The position numbers were made by a program, and so were the translations under genes. The notes beneath the pieces are model-generated. The model had not been told where the DNA came from. It saw only the letters and a program-made list of their open reading frames with translations, and did no database searches. A stretch of 64,000 nucleotides of DNA from Nibricoccus sp. (GTDB lineage Bacteria; Verrucomicrobiota; Verrucomicrobiia; Opitutales; Opitutaceae): assembly GCA_047602425.1 (NCBI GenBank), contig JASGHG010000001.1, forward strand, positions 992,001 through 1,056,000. The letters run 5' to 3'. Shown here piece after piece: positions 1 through 8,750 of the stretch; the first letter of the stretch is position 1; every line of letters begins with the position of its first letter.

Positions 1-218
1 GTAGCGCGATTTCGCATTTCTACGGCCGCTTCCACCAAGCGATCTGTATTGTATCCTAGGCCCTCGACACGCAGGTCCACAACGTCCGCACAAGGGAACA
101 CTCGAAAGTAGTTCGGCTCTGTTTTTGCGCCCTCGCAAACTACGAGAACGCGAGTTCGCGGAGCTAGGCGAGCGCTACGTCGAAATGCCGACCCTGATTT
201 TTCCCATGGCTTAGACAT
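1..218 (-). CDS. rloB: RloB-family protein, N-terminal part (runs off the window edge)
   Basis: Manual translation from ATG at 218: MSKPWEKSGSAFRRSARLAPRTRVLVVCEGAKTEPNYFRVF... The VCEGxKTEPNYF segment is the RloB signature. The start overlaps the stop of the AAA ATPase. Not in the ORF track. Confidence 0.8.
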   Translation of the reverse strand, partial: MSKPWEKSGSAFRRSARLAPRTRVLVVCEGAKTEPNYFRVFPCADVVDLRVEGLGYNTDRLVEAAVEMRNRA

Positions 219-1483
219 CAGGCAAGAGATCGCGATCCGTTACCATGAATTCACCAATGAACGGCACTGCGCCAAACTTACCCAGGAGATAGTCTTTAGA
301 AAATGAAGCATCCTTCCGGATGCGTTCACCGTCAGAACGATAATCTGACAGCGAATAGAGATGCGTTGCTTCCGCACGGTCTTTTTCGGTGAACCAAATT
401 TGGTCGCGACGGAAAAATTTGTTCGAAAGGAGATTTACGTCGTGAGTCGCAAAGATCAGCTGAGCACCATTGGTGTTAGTTGGACCTTGGAAAAGGCTGA
501 CCAAAAAGCGTGTCATGAGCGGATGCATCCGGCTGTCGAGTTCGTCAGCAACAACGATTCTTCCACGGGACAATCCATCAATGAAAGGTGCCAACAGTCC
601 GACAAAACGGATTGTACCAGCTGATTCATCGTTCAGAAGATCAAACTCCACCTCACCGATGGGCTCCTGCTTTGCAGAATACTTGTAATGAATCGTCTTG
701 ATAGTGCCGTCCGTAGGGCGGATAGGTGCCCCTGTAGCGGACAGCAGATCTTTATCCCGCTCTGGCATCTCAACTCGCAATCTTTTGATTGTAAGATCAG
801 CAGCCCTGAGCATTTCCAAAGCACGAAGGTAAAACTCCTTTGTGCCCAAGCGTTGAGCCGTACGTCTTACGCTGTGGCGGTAAATCCGCGGCTCACGAGC
901 TACGGTGATTCCTGCTACTGCGTCCAACGCGCGCGAAGCAACCTCGCTGTTGAATTGCGCGCAAACAGAAAGGAAAGACGCGTTTGGACGAGTGCGTTCC
1001 GCCAGTTCCTTTCCCTCTCGGAATCGCTCTGGGTTACAGTTAATTTCATCGCCTTCGCGCGTAAACAGCATCGCCTCACGAGACGATGTCGCCTCAAAAA
1101 GCCACTCTGCATGCACCCGCTTGCTTGAGACTTCCAATCCGTAGCGATATCGGGTGCCATTTTGGGCTACCTCGACCTCAAAAAATGAAGGTTTGTTTTC
1201 AGTTTCGTCGCAGAGTCGAAACGGAGTAACTTCAATCTCTGATTCGTGTTGCGCGCCAATTGCAGAAAAATAGGCAAAATCTGAGACAAACCCGAGGCCG
1301 AGCAGCATATTCGACTTACCGCTCCCGTTTGCACCGTAAAGCGCGATCCGAACGCAGGACAGTGTCTTCGTTGGAACTAAACGTGTTTGTGTCGCGATGC
1401 TCACTGTCCCCAGAAGCGCGCAAATCAAGTACCATACGATCCTTGATCGAGCGAAAGTTACCTATTTCGAATCGGAGGAGCAT
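211..1483 (-). pseudogene. AAA_21/AbiEii-type (RloA-like) ATPase with a frameshift near 1349 (pseudogene or sequencing error)
   Basis: Walker A YGANGSGKSN, ESAGT signature, Walker B VVADELD, and FATHD. The typical N-terminus MLLRFEIGNFRSIKD starts at ATG 1483 in another frame and joins if one base is removed at about 1348-1349. Confidence 0.8.
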
Positions 1484-1702
1484 GATGCGAACTGTTACTC
1501 AATGTTTAGTAATTTAACAGCCGAAATTCATAAATTCGTGATTATTTCTCGTAAAAACAGGTTTAAATCCGTTTCAAGAAGCCGAAACATAAGCCAAGGA
1601 ATCAAGTTCCATATGCAGTCCAAAAGATCCCAGTCGGTGACGTCACGGTCGCCAAGGACGTCATATCTGGACTGGTCGACTACCCGCGTGAATTCGACGG
1701 CA

Positions 1703-1736
1703 CCAAAAGCCGAAGCAATTTAGCTCCGGCTTTTGG
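1703..1736. terminator. Intrinsic terminator, probably for the 126-aa gene
   Basis: CCAAAAGCCG-AAGCAATTTAGCTC-CGGCTTTTGG inverted repeat with T runs on both strands, about 20 nt after the stop at 1757. Confidence 0.65.
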
Positions 1737-1756
1737 TTTCTGAACTACGGACTGAC

Positions 1757-2137
1757 TCAGGCCGCTTTTACGAGGGCCGCGGGATCTTTGTCGGGCCGGA
1801 GGGACGGGCGCTTGCGCTCGGATTCGCGGGTGCCGCCCGCTTTTTCATACTCGTTGCTGTCGAGGCCGTACTGGGCGGCCACCGCCGCGAGCATGCGCTT
1901 CGAGAAAGCGCCGGCCTTGCGTTCGGCCACTTTCATCAGGTTGCGGGCCTCGTCGGCCTGCGAGAGCAGCGTGTTGTAGGCGTCCTGCCGGGCGCGGGCC
2001 TCCTCGATCGTCGTCTTGAAGGCCGCCAACGAGTTGCCGGCCCCGAGGTCGAGCGTGGGGTCGATCGACTCCATGCTAGCCGCGCGGGCCGCGGCGTTGA
2101 GGATCATCTTGGACGTGGTTTTTTCGATACGTGACAT
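1757..2137 (-). CDS. Conserved-looking small helical/coiled-coil hypothetical protein (126 aa)
   Basis: GC-rich coding-like ORF with its own terminator. Motifs IDPxLDLG and YGxDSxEYEKAGGxRxSERKR resemble, from memory, a widespread uncharacterised family. Confidence 0.75.
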   Translation of the reverse strand: MSRIEKTTSKMILNAAARAASMESIDPTLDLGAGNSLAAFKTTIEEARARQDAYNTLLSQADEARNLMKVAERKAGAFSKRMLAAVAAQYGLDSNEYEKAGGTRESERKRPSLRPDKDPAALVKAA

Positions 2138-2221
2138 GGTTTTATTTGGTTATTTTTCGATCCGCCGGCCGGCCGTGCTTGGCCAGTTCCCATCGAATCT
2201 TGTATGCGTCCATCTTAGCAG

Positions 2222-2252
2222 GGAGGGTGGGTCAAAAACTGTCCCACCCTCC
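2222..2252. promoter_or_regulatory. Palindromic operator-like site upstream of the 126-aa gene
   Basis: GGAGGGTGGGTCA-AAAAC-TGTCCCACCCTCC (12 of 13 positions paired). A TAAGAT -10-like hexamer lies on the minus strand at 2214-2219. Confidence 0.45.
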
Positions 2253-2360
2253 AAAAAAATCGCGTTTTCGTCCGAAAAACCGCCCTTTTCTCGCAAGTCG
2301 CGAGCGCTGCGAGGAGTTAGACCTGAAAATAGTTTCGGCGACGGGAAAGCTGCAGTTAAG

Positions 2361-2462
2361 CCACAGAGCGCACCGAGCTCCGACACAGAGATCACAGAGT
2401 AAAAATTTTCCGGATCTTCAAAACTCCGTGTACTCTCGTATTCACTCCGTGAACTCTGTGGC
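2361..2462. repeat. CACAGAG/CTCTGTG REP-like inverted repeat element
   Basis: Left arm ccacagagcgcaccgagctccgacacagagatcacagag; right arm ctccgtgtactctcg...ctccgtgaactctgtgg. Related copies at 48501 and 54148. Confidence 0.7.
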
Positions 2463-2517
2463 CCACTGCCGAATGCGGGCTCGGACTACGCCGTTCACTC
2501 TACCTAGAATCTTGAGG

Positions 2518-2832
2518 CACGATACCGAGAACCCACTTCACGGTGCCGCTAAGTCGCTTTTCAGAACCCTAAACCGACTTCACGATACCGGAAACTCACT
2601 TCGCAGTAGCGAGAAGTCGATGCGAGGTACCGAAAAGTCGATTCACGATACCCAAAAGTCACTTCACCGAACCCTGAACTCATTTTTCGGTACCGCAAAG
2701 TCACTTCATGGTACCAAAAACCTACTTCGAGGTACCGAGAAGTCGTTTCACCGCACCGCGAACTCACTTCAACGAACCTTGAACCGACTTCACGGTACCA
2801 AAAACTGGCTCTCAGGTTCTGAAAACCCGTTT
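2518..2832. repeat. Tandem array of about 15 degenerate 21-bp units, consensus CACGGTACCGAAAAGTCACTT
   Basis: Units fall in exact 21-nt register at 2518, 2539, 2560 ... 2812. The rotated consensus ACTT-nn-CGGTACCG-nn-AAGT is palindromic. Confidence 0.9.
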
Positions 2833-3033
2833 CGCCAGTCCACGCCGGAAGACATTTCGGTCCGCACGATCTTATCTTGTTACTCGTCTGGATCCGGGAG
2901 GCAGAGTCACCGCATCGTCACCGTGGCGACAAGAAGGGGCGTAAAAAACGCTTTCCTTAACGGGCCGGAATCCCAACCGTTCAGAGGCGTCGTGATTTCT
3001 CAATGAATTCCGCGAGGACACGGCTTCACCATC

Positions 3034-3975
3034 ATGGCCCGGAACATCCGCAACTATTCTCTCCTGCTTCGCAGCTTGTTTTTCGCCGGGAGCCTTGTGC
3101 TGGCCGGTTGTACCTCGGTGAAAAAGGCCGCGGTCAATCAGGTCGCCGACGCGCTGGCCAGTGGGGGCACGACGTTCGCCGCGGACGACGATCCGGAGCT
3201 CGTCAAACAGGCGGTGCCATTCAGCCTGAAATTGATGGAAAGCCTGCTGAGCGAAAATCCGCGCCATCAGAAACTGCTTTTGGCGACGTGCAGTGGTTTT
3301 ACCCAATACGCTTTTGCCTTCGTGCAGCAGGATGCCGACGAGCTCGAGGCCACCAACTATGCACAGGCCGAGGCGCTGCGGCGGCGCGCGAAAAAACTTT
3401 ATCGACGCGCCCGCGACTACGGTCTGCGCGGGCTCGAAGTGGCGCACGCCGGCTGGACCGCCCGACTCGCGGCCGATCCACGCACCACCTTGAAAGCCGC
3501 CACCAAGGCGGACGTGCCCCTGCTCTACTGGACGGCCGCGGCCTGGGGCTCGTACATCTCGGCTAGCAAAGACGAACCATCCGCCATCGGCGAAATGGTT
3601 CAAGTCGAGGCGTTGATCGATCGCGCGCTCGAACTCGACGAGGCCTGGGGCGACGGCACGTTGCACAGCATGCTCATCACCCTCGAAATGAGCCGCACGG
3701 GCGCGGCGGGCAAACCGGAGGATCGTGCGCGCGCACATTTCGACCGGGCGGTCGCGCTGGCCGGCGGTGCGCAGGCCGGACCTTGGGTGACGTTTGCCGA
3801 GTCGGTTTGCGTCGAAACGCACAACGCCGAGGAATTCCAGCGCTTGCTCGAACAAGCGCTCAAGGTCGATGTCGATCAAAAGCCTGAATACCGGTTGGCC
3901 AATCTCGTGCTGCAACGTCGCGCACGCTGGTTGCTAAATCGCAAAGACGATCTCTTTTTCTCACCTCAAAAATGA
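3034..3975 (+). CDS. TRAP transporter TatT (T) component, lipoprotein
   Basis: Lipobox LAGC; DDDPELVKQAVPFSLKLMESLL; helical TPR-like body; first gene before dctP and dctQM. Confidence 0.85.
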   Translation: MARNIRNYSLLLRSLFFAGSLVLAGCTSVKKAAVNQVADALASGGTTFAADDDPELVKQAVPFSLKLMESLLSENPRHQKLLLATCSGFTQYAFAFVQQDADELEATNYAQAEALRRRAKKLYRRARDYGLRGLEVAHAGWTARLAADPRTTLKAATKADVPLLYWTAAAWGSYISASKDEPSAIGEMVQVEALIDRALELDEAWGDGTLHSMLITLEMSRTGAAGKPEDRARAHFDRAVALAGGAQAGPWVTFAESVCVETHNAEEFQRLLEQALKVDVDQKPEYRLANLVLQRRARWLLNRKDDLFFSPQK

Positions 3976-5011
3976 ACGCTCCGCGCTCACTCTCTTTTCT
4001 GGTTCGCCCATTTCTCACACTCACGAGTGTCGTTCTTGCGCTGACTGCATTCTCGGCGCAGGCGGCACCGACCACGTTTAAACTCGGCACGCTCGTGCCG
4101 GTCGGGACGTCCTACCACAAAACGCTGATGGCGCTCGGCGAAACCTGGAGTCGCGAATCAAGCGGCGCCGTTTCCCTGCGCGTTTATGCGGGCGGAAAGT
4201 CCGGCGGCGAGGCGGAGATGGTCGCGCTAATGATGGCGAACAATCTTCAAGCGGCATTGCTCACCGCGGTCGGGCTGGCCGAGATCGATCGCAGTGTCAC
4301 GAGCCTGCAATATATCCCGATGGGGTTTCACAGTCTCGACGAACTCGACTACGTTTCTACACGCCTTCAGGGCGATCTCGAGGAACGGCTGCGCAAGAAA
4401 GGCTTTATCGTTTTGTTTTGGACCGACGCGGGCTGGATCCGAATTTTTTCGAAGAAGCCCGTCTCTTTTCCGGACGACCTGCGTAAGCAAAAAGTATTTT
4501 CCTGGTCGGGCGAACCCGAGCAAAGAGCTGTCGTGACGCTCGCGGGTTTTCAACCCGTGCCGCTGGAGACGGACTCGACATCGTGCCTGGACTTCAGACC
4601 GGCCTCATCGAAGCGGTTTCGCTGCCACCGTTTTTCGCACTGGCGAGCCAGGTCGACACCCGCGCGTCATATATGCTGGACTTGAACTGGACGCCGATTG
4701 TCGGTGCCTGTGTGGTGTGGAAGGACGCTTGGGAAAAACTGTCTCCCGAGCAGCAAAAGACTTTCATGGAATCCGCTCGCAAGGCCGGTCAGGAGATCAA
4801 AGCCGCGGCGCGGCGCGAGAGCATCGAATCAGTGGCGGCCATGCAAAAGCGAGGCCTCAAAGTCACACCCGTGACACCCGAAATCGAAAAAGAATGGCTG
4901 AAAATGTCTGAATCGGTCTATCCCCAAATCCGCGGCAAGGTGGTGCCGGCCGAAATCTTTGACCGCACGATGTCGTTGCTTGAGGAATATCGGAGTAAGA
5001 ACGCAAAGTGA
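3972..5011 (+). pseudogene. dctP: TRAP substrate-binding protein DctP split by a frameshift at about 4572-4577
   Basis: ORF 3972-4685 gives the N-terminal DctP part (KLGTLVPVGT...). The C-terminal part (DIVPGLQTGLIEAV...) continues in another frame to the stop at 5011. Confidence 0.8.
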
Positions 5012-5125
5012 GCGGAAACCGGCGCAGATAGTGGAACCACTTATTATCACTTAAGGGCACTGATGACGGAGAACTGGGACAATACAGCGTTTTGTTGTTT
5101 CACTTACGAAGTGAATAATCCGAGA

Positions 5126-5261
5126 AACCGCTAATTTTCGCTAATACACGCTAATTTCCAACCTTCCAAATACGAGCTGGTGGCGCCTTCGGCGCGACAA
5201 CTTACACTGCTTATTAAACTTCTTTCCCGATTTTAGCGAAAATTAGCGTTAATTAGCGGTT
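5126..5261. repeat. 10-bp-period inverted repeat element (CGCTAAT x3 ... ATTAGCG x3)
   Basis: aaccgctaattttcgctaatacacgctaat ... tttagcgaaaattagcgttaattagcggtt. Half-copies at 15349 and 46419. Confidence 0.75.
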
Positions 5262-5361
5262 CGCAAAATTCCGGATTTTAATCAACTACATGACTCTTGT
5301 ATTATCAGCGAACACAAGTGACTATCAGTGGTTCAACTGTTTCCTTCGGTTCTAGAACAGA

Positions 5362-7239
5362 ATGATCGAAACAGCGCCAGTAAACATGGAGACAGGGACT
5401 GGTTCGGCGTCGCCAATTGTGCGGAAACCGATCCACACGGTGGAAGACCGGATTCTGGTTTCGTTGCTGGCGGTGATGATGCTGCTGCCGGTCGTCGAGA
5501 TTCTGCTGCGGTCGGTTTTCCGCAGCGGACTGCCTGCCTCGATTCCGCTCGTGCAACATTTGGTGCTCGCGGTCGCCATGCTGGGCGGCGCAGTCGCCGC
5601 TCGCGAGAATCGATTGCTGGCCTTGTCCGCCGCGAGCCGGAGCTTTCGCGGCCGGATTGAAACTTCAGCGAGGATCGTGGCCTACGCCTTCGGCGCAGCG
5701 GCGAGCGCGGTCTTGTGTGATGCGAGTTGGGAATTCGTCAGCTCGCAGCGCAACCTTGGGAAAGTGCTTATTCCGGGCGTCCCGATCTGGACCGTGCAAT
5801 CTCTGCTGATTGTCGGTTTCGGGCTGATCGCCATCCGACTCGTCCTTCGCTCCGGTAACGTCATCTGGCAGAAAGCGGCGACGCTGATGCTGGCAATTGG
5901 TTTAGTGGTGGCAGCCTGGGGACTGCCAGTCGCGCCCGAACAGCTGCGTTGGCCCGCGATGACGATCCTTTTCCTCGCGGTGATTCTCGGTGCGCCGATC
6001 TTCACGGCCTTGGGCGGTGCGGCAATGATTCTACTCTGGACGGCCGGCGAACCCATCACACCCGTGCCGTTGAAGATCTACCAGCTCACGGTCAATCCCA
6101 CGCTGCCGAGCATCCCTTTGTTTACGCTTGCCGGGTTTTTCCTCGCCGAGAGCAAGGCGGCTCATCGACTGGTGGCGTTGTTCCATGCGCTGTTTGGCGG
6201 CATGCGCGGTGGACCCGCGATCGTGACCGCGGTTGCCTGCGCGTTCTTTACCTCGTTCACCGGCGCGTCGGGCGCGACGATTCTCGCCTTGGGCGGCGTG
6301 CTCATGCCGGTGTTGCTCGCCGAAGGTTACTCGAAGCGAGCTTCGCTTGGTTTGCTTACGGGAGCTGGTTCGCTCGGCATGCTGTTTCCGCCCTGCCTGC
6401 CGCCCATCCTCTACGCCATCATCGCAAGCAGCAGCGGACAGGTCAGCGTGAGCGTGGATCAGATTTTCAAAGCCGGTCTTCTGCCGGGACTGCTGTTGGT
6501 CATCATCACCGCCTGGTGGGGCGTGCGAATCGCGCCCAAACAATCCGAGGAGAAAAAGACTTTCCACATCGACTGGCAGGACGTGCGGCGCGCCACCTGG
6601 GCGGCCAAGTGGGAATTGCTCGTGCCCGTGGTGGCGATTGTGGCGTTGTTCAGCGGTTATGCGACGCCGGTCGAAGCCGCCGCCACCACCGCGCTTTACG
6701 CGTTCGTCGTAGCGGTGTTGATTCACCGCGATCTTGATTTCTCACGCGATTTGCCGCGGGTCATGACCGAGTGCGGCCTGCTCATGGGCGGCGTGCTGCT
6801 TATCTTGGGGGTAGCCCTTGGTTTTACCCACTATCTGGTCGATGCAGAAATCCCGGATCGCGCCGTCGCGTGGGCCACCACAACGATTCATTCGAAATGG
6901 ATTTTCCTGGCAGCCCTCAACGTCGTGCTTCTTGTCGTCGGCGGGCTGATTGAAATCTACGCCGCGATTGTGGTGGTCGTTCCCCTGATCGTGCCGCTCG
7001 GGATCGCCTTCGGCGTCGATCCCGTCCATCTGGGAATCATCTTTCTGGCCAACATGGAACTCGGTTTTCTCGCTCCGCCTGTCGGTTTGAATCTCCTGCT
7101 CGCGTCCTATCGTTTCCGCCGTCCCATGGGCGAAGTGATCTGGGCGTCGCTGCCGATGCTCGCAGTTATGACGGCGGGCGTGCTGCTGATCACTTACCTT
7201 CCCTGGCTGACCACTTGGCTGCCCAGTGTGTGGCCGTGA
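5362..7239 (+). CDS. TRAP transporter fused DctQ-DctM permease
   Basis: Very hydrophobic 625 aa; SIPLFTLAG, FTGASG, GSLGMLFPP and ELGFLAPPVGLNL are DctM motifs. Confidence 0.9.
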   Translation: MIETAPVNMETGTGSASPIVRKPIHTVEDRILVSLLAVMMLLPVVEILLRSVFRSGLPASIPLVQHLVLAVAMLGGAVAARENRLLALSAASRSFRGRIETSARIVAYAFGAAASAVLCDASWEFVSSQRNLGKVLIPGVPIWTVQSLLIVGFGLIAIRLVLRSGNVIWQKAATLMLAIGLVVAAWGLPVAPEQLRWPAMTILFLAVILGAPIFTALGGAAMILLWTAGEPITPVPLKIYQLTVNPTLPSIPLFTLAGFFLAESKAAHRLVALFHALFGGMRGGPAIVTAVACAFFTSFTGASGATILALGGVLMPVLLAEGYSKRASLGLLTGAGSLGMLFPPCLPPILYAIIASSSGQVSVSVDQIFKAGLLPGLLLVIITAWWGVRIAPKQSEEKKTFHIDWQDVRRATWAAKWELLVPVVAIVALFSGYATPVEAAATTALYAFVVAVLIHRDLDFSRDLPRVMTECGLLMGGVLLILGVALGFTHYLVDAEIPDRAVAWATTTIHSKWIFLAALNVVLLVVGGLIEIYAAIVVVVPLIVPLGIAFGVDPVHLGIIFLANMELGFLAPPVGLNLLLASYRFRRPMGEVIWASLPMLAVMTAGVLLITYLPWLTTWLPSVWP

Positions 7240-7248
7240 GATCGGCAT

Positions 7249-7274
7249 AAAAAACCGGAGCACGTTGGCTCCGG
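7249..7274 (-). terminator. Intrinsic terminator
   Basis: ACCGGAGC-ACGTTG-GCTCCGGT stem preceded by an A6 run on + (U-tail on minus), between convergent genes. Confidence 0.7.
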
Positions 7275-7300
7275 TCGATGGTTATAAATGGCGAGCCTAT

Positions 7301-8167
7301 TCAGGCAGCTTTGCTCAACCAGACCGGCGCGATTTCCCGCGCGAAATGTTCCAGGCGACGCGGAGCGTGACCGAGTAACTTCGTCAATTTCTCAACCTCG
7401 CCGGTGTCGGCGACAAGGCCGTGCGTTTGAAACCAGCCATACATCATCCGTAGATCGTAGGCCAGCCAGTCGGGCAGCCAGGCGCGCGCACCCGTTTCCC
7501 AAGCGTCAAGATCATCGCCGCCGTAAACGACTTTGCGTCCAAGCGCACGCGTCCAGATTTCCGCGCATTTCTCACCGGTCAAAACTTCCGGCCCGGTGAG
7601 TTCGTAGATTTTTCGCTCATGCCCGGATTCAGTCAAAGCCTTGGCCGCGACTTCCGCGATGTCGCGGACATCGACGCGCGACAGACCTGCCGAACCGATA
7701 GGTTGAGGATAAACGCCCTGCAGGATCGCATCCTTGAACCAATGGTCGTTCTGAAAGAAGTTATTCGGCCGCACGATCGTATATTCGACGTCCGACGCCT
7801 GCAGGGCCGATTCGACCGGCCGCTTCGAGCCAAAATGAGGGAAGTGCGGTGCACGATCAAGATGATGAACCGTCATGTAGGCAAACCTCCGCACCCCGGC
7901 CTGTTGAGCGCCCATGACACCCATGAGGCCTTCGTGCGTTTCGCTTGTACCTAGCGCATTGAGCATAAAAACGCCGTCCATGCCGCGAAAGACACTGCGC
8001 ACGGTTTGGGGATCGAGCAAGTTTCCCTGTATGGCGGCGACGCCGGCGGGCAGTCGGGCTTTTCCCGGATCGCGGGTCAACACGCGCACCGTCGCGCCAC
8101 GATTGACGAGTTCGCTGACGACGCAGGAGCCCACGGTTCCGGTTCCTCCAATAACGAGTATATTCAT
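7301..8167 (-). CDS. NmrA-like/atypical SDR NAD(P)H-binding protein
   Basis: Starts MNILVIGGTGTVG (Rossmann motif); YTIVRPNNFFQN and VDVRDIA are typical of this family. Confidence 0.9.
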   Translation of the reverse strand: MNILVIGGTGTVGSCVVSELVNRGATVRVLTRDPGKARLPAGVAAIQGNLLDPQTVRSVFRGMDGVFMLNALGTSETHEGLMGVMGAQQAGVRRFAYMTVHHLDRAPHFPHFGSKRPVESALQASDVEYTIVRPNNFFQNDHWFKDAILQGVYPQPIGSAGLSRVDVRDIAEVAAKALTESGHERKIYELTGPEVLTGEKCAEIWTRALGRKVVYGGDDLDAWETGARAWLPDWLAYDLRMMYGWFQTHGLVADTGEVEKLTKLLGHAPRRLEHFAREIAPVWLSKAA

Positions 8168-8208
8168 AACGTTTTTTATTTTGGTTCTTATATTTGGTTT
8201 TATAAAAA

Positions 8209-8673
8209 TCAGTTGGCTTGCACGACCAGTGAATGCAGGTAGGCCGTCACGGCCTCGGCATCCTGCTGGTTCATGCGGTAAGGCGGCATGGGCGGAAGCG
8301 GCGGTGGCAGGTTGTTGGGACGTTCGCCCGTCATGAGAAAGTGAATCATTTGACTCTCGGAATATCCGGCGGGAAGACCAGCGATGCGTGGCGTCACCGT
8401 GGCCCATGGCATCGGCACCGTCGGCCCGAATGCCAGCGGCGCGCCCGTCAATTGCCGGGCTTCGATCAGTTCGCCTTTTTCGGTGCGGGGCGAGTGACAG
8501 TCTATACAGAGACCCACGCCGTGCACAATATAGCGGCCGCGTTCGATCTTGGCCGACGTGTCGGCGAGAGTTTGTGATTTTGCAGAGGAAGAGCTGCTCA
8601 GTGAAGAAAGGAGCCCGACGATCAAGGCGACGACAACGCCGCCGGTGAGGAACGTAACTAGAATCTTTTTCAT
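8209..8673 (-). CDS. Monoheme c-type cytochrome
   Basis: Signal/anchor MKKILVTF; ERGRYIV...CIDCH heme motif; PPMPPY distal Met. Confidence 0.85.
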   Translation of the reverse strand: MKKILVTFLTGGVVVALIVGLLSSLSSSSSAKSQTLADTSAKIERGRYIVHGVGLCIDCHSPRTEKGELIEARQLTGAPLAFGPTVPMPWATVTPRIAGLPAGYSESQMIHFLMTGERPNNLPPPLPPMPPYRMNQQDAEAVTAYLHSLVVQAN

Positions 8674-8716
8674 AGTGATGCGCCGCCATCCTACCGCCGT
8701 GTTATCCAACCGGCTA

Positions 8717-8731
8717 ATACCTACTTTTTAT
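8717..8731. promoter_or_regulatory. LysR recognition site (T-N11-A)
   Basis: ATAC-N7-TTAT, one mismatch to the CatR/BenM-type ATAC-N7-GTAT, between the divergent LysR and cytochrome genes. Confidence 0.5.
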
Positions 8732-8750
8732 GCTCGTATAACTTAAAGTT

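Noticed and set aside
2518..2832. CRISPR array
   Set aside because: There is no invariant repeat alternating with unique spacers, the 21-nt period is too short, and no cas genes are present. The same applies to 63259-63730.
2131..3006. 291-aa ORF as a real gene
   Set aside because: It reads through a promoter palindrome, a REP element and the array, and has no recognisable domain. Translation of only the array part remains possible.
7301..8689. 462-aa ORF as one protein
   Set aside because: The N-terminal 174 aa overlap the cytochrome c gene in another frame; the Rossmann-fold protein starts at 8167.
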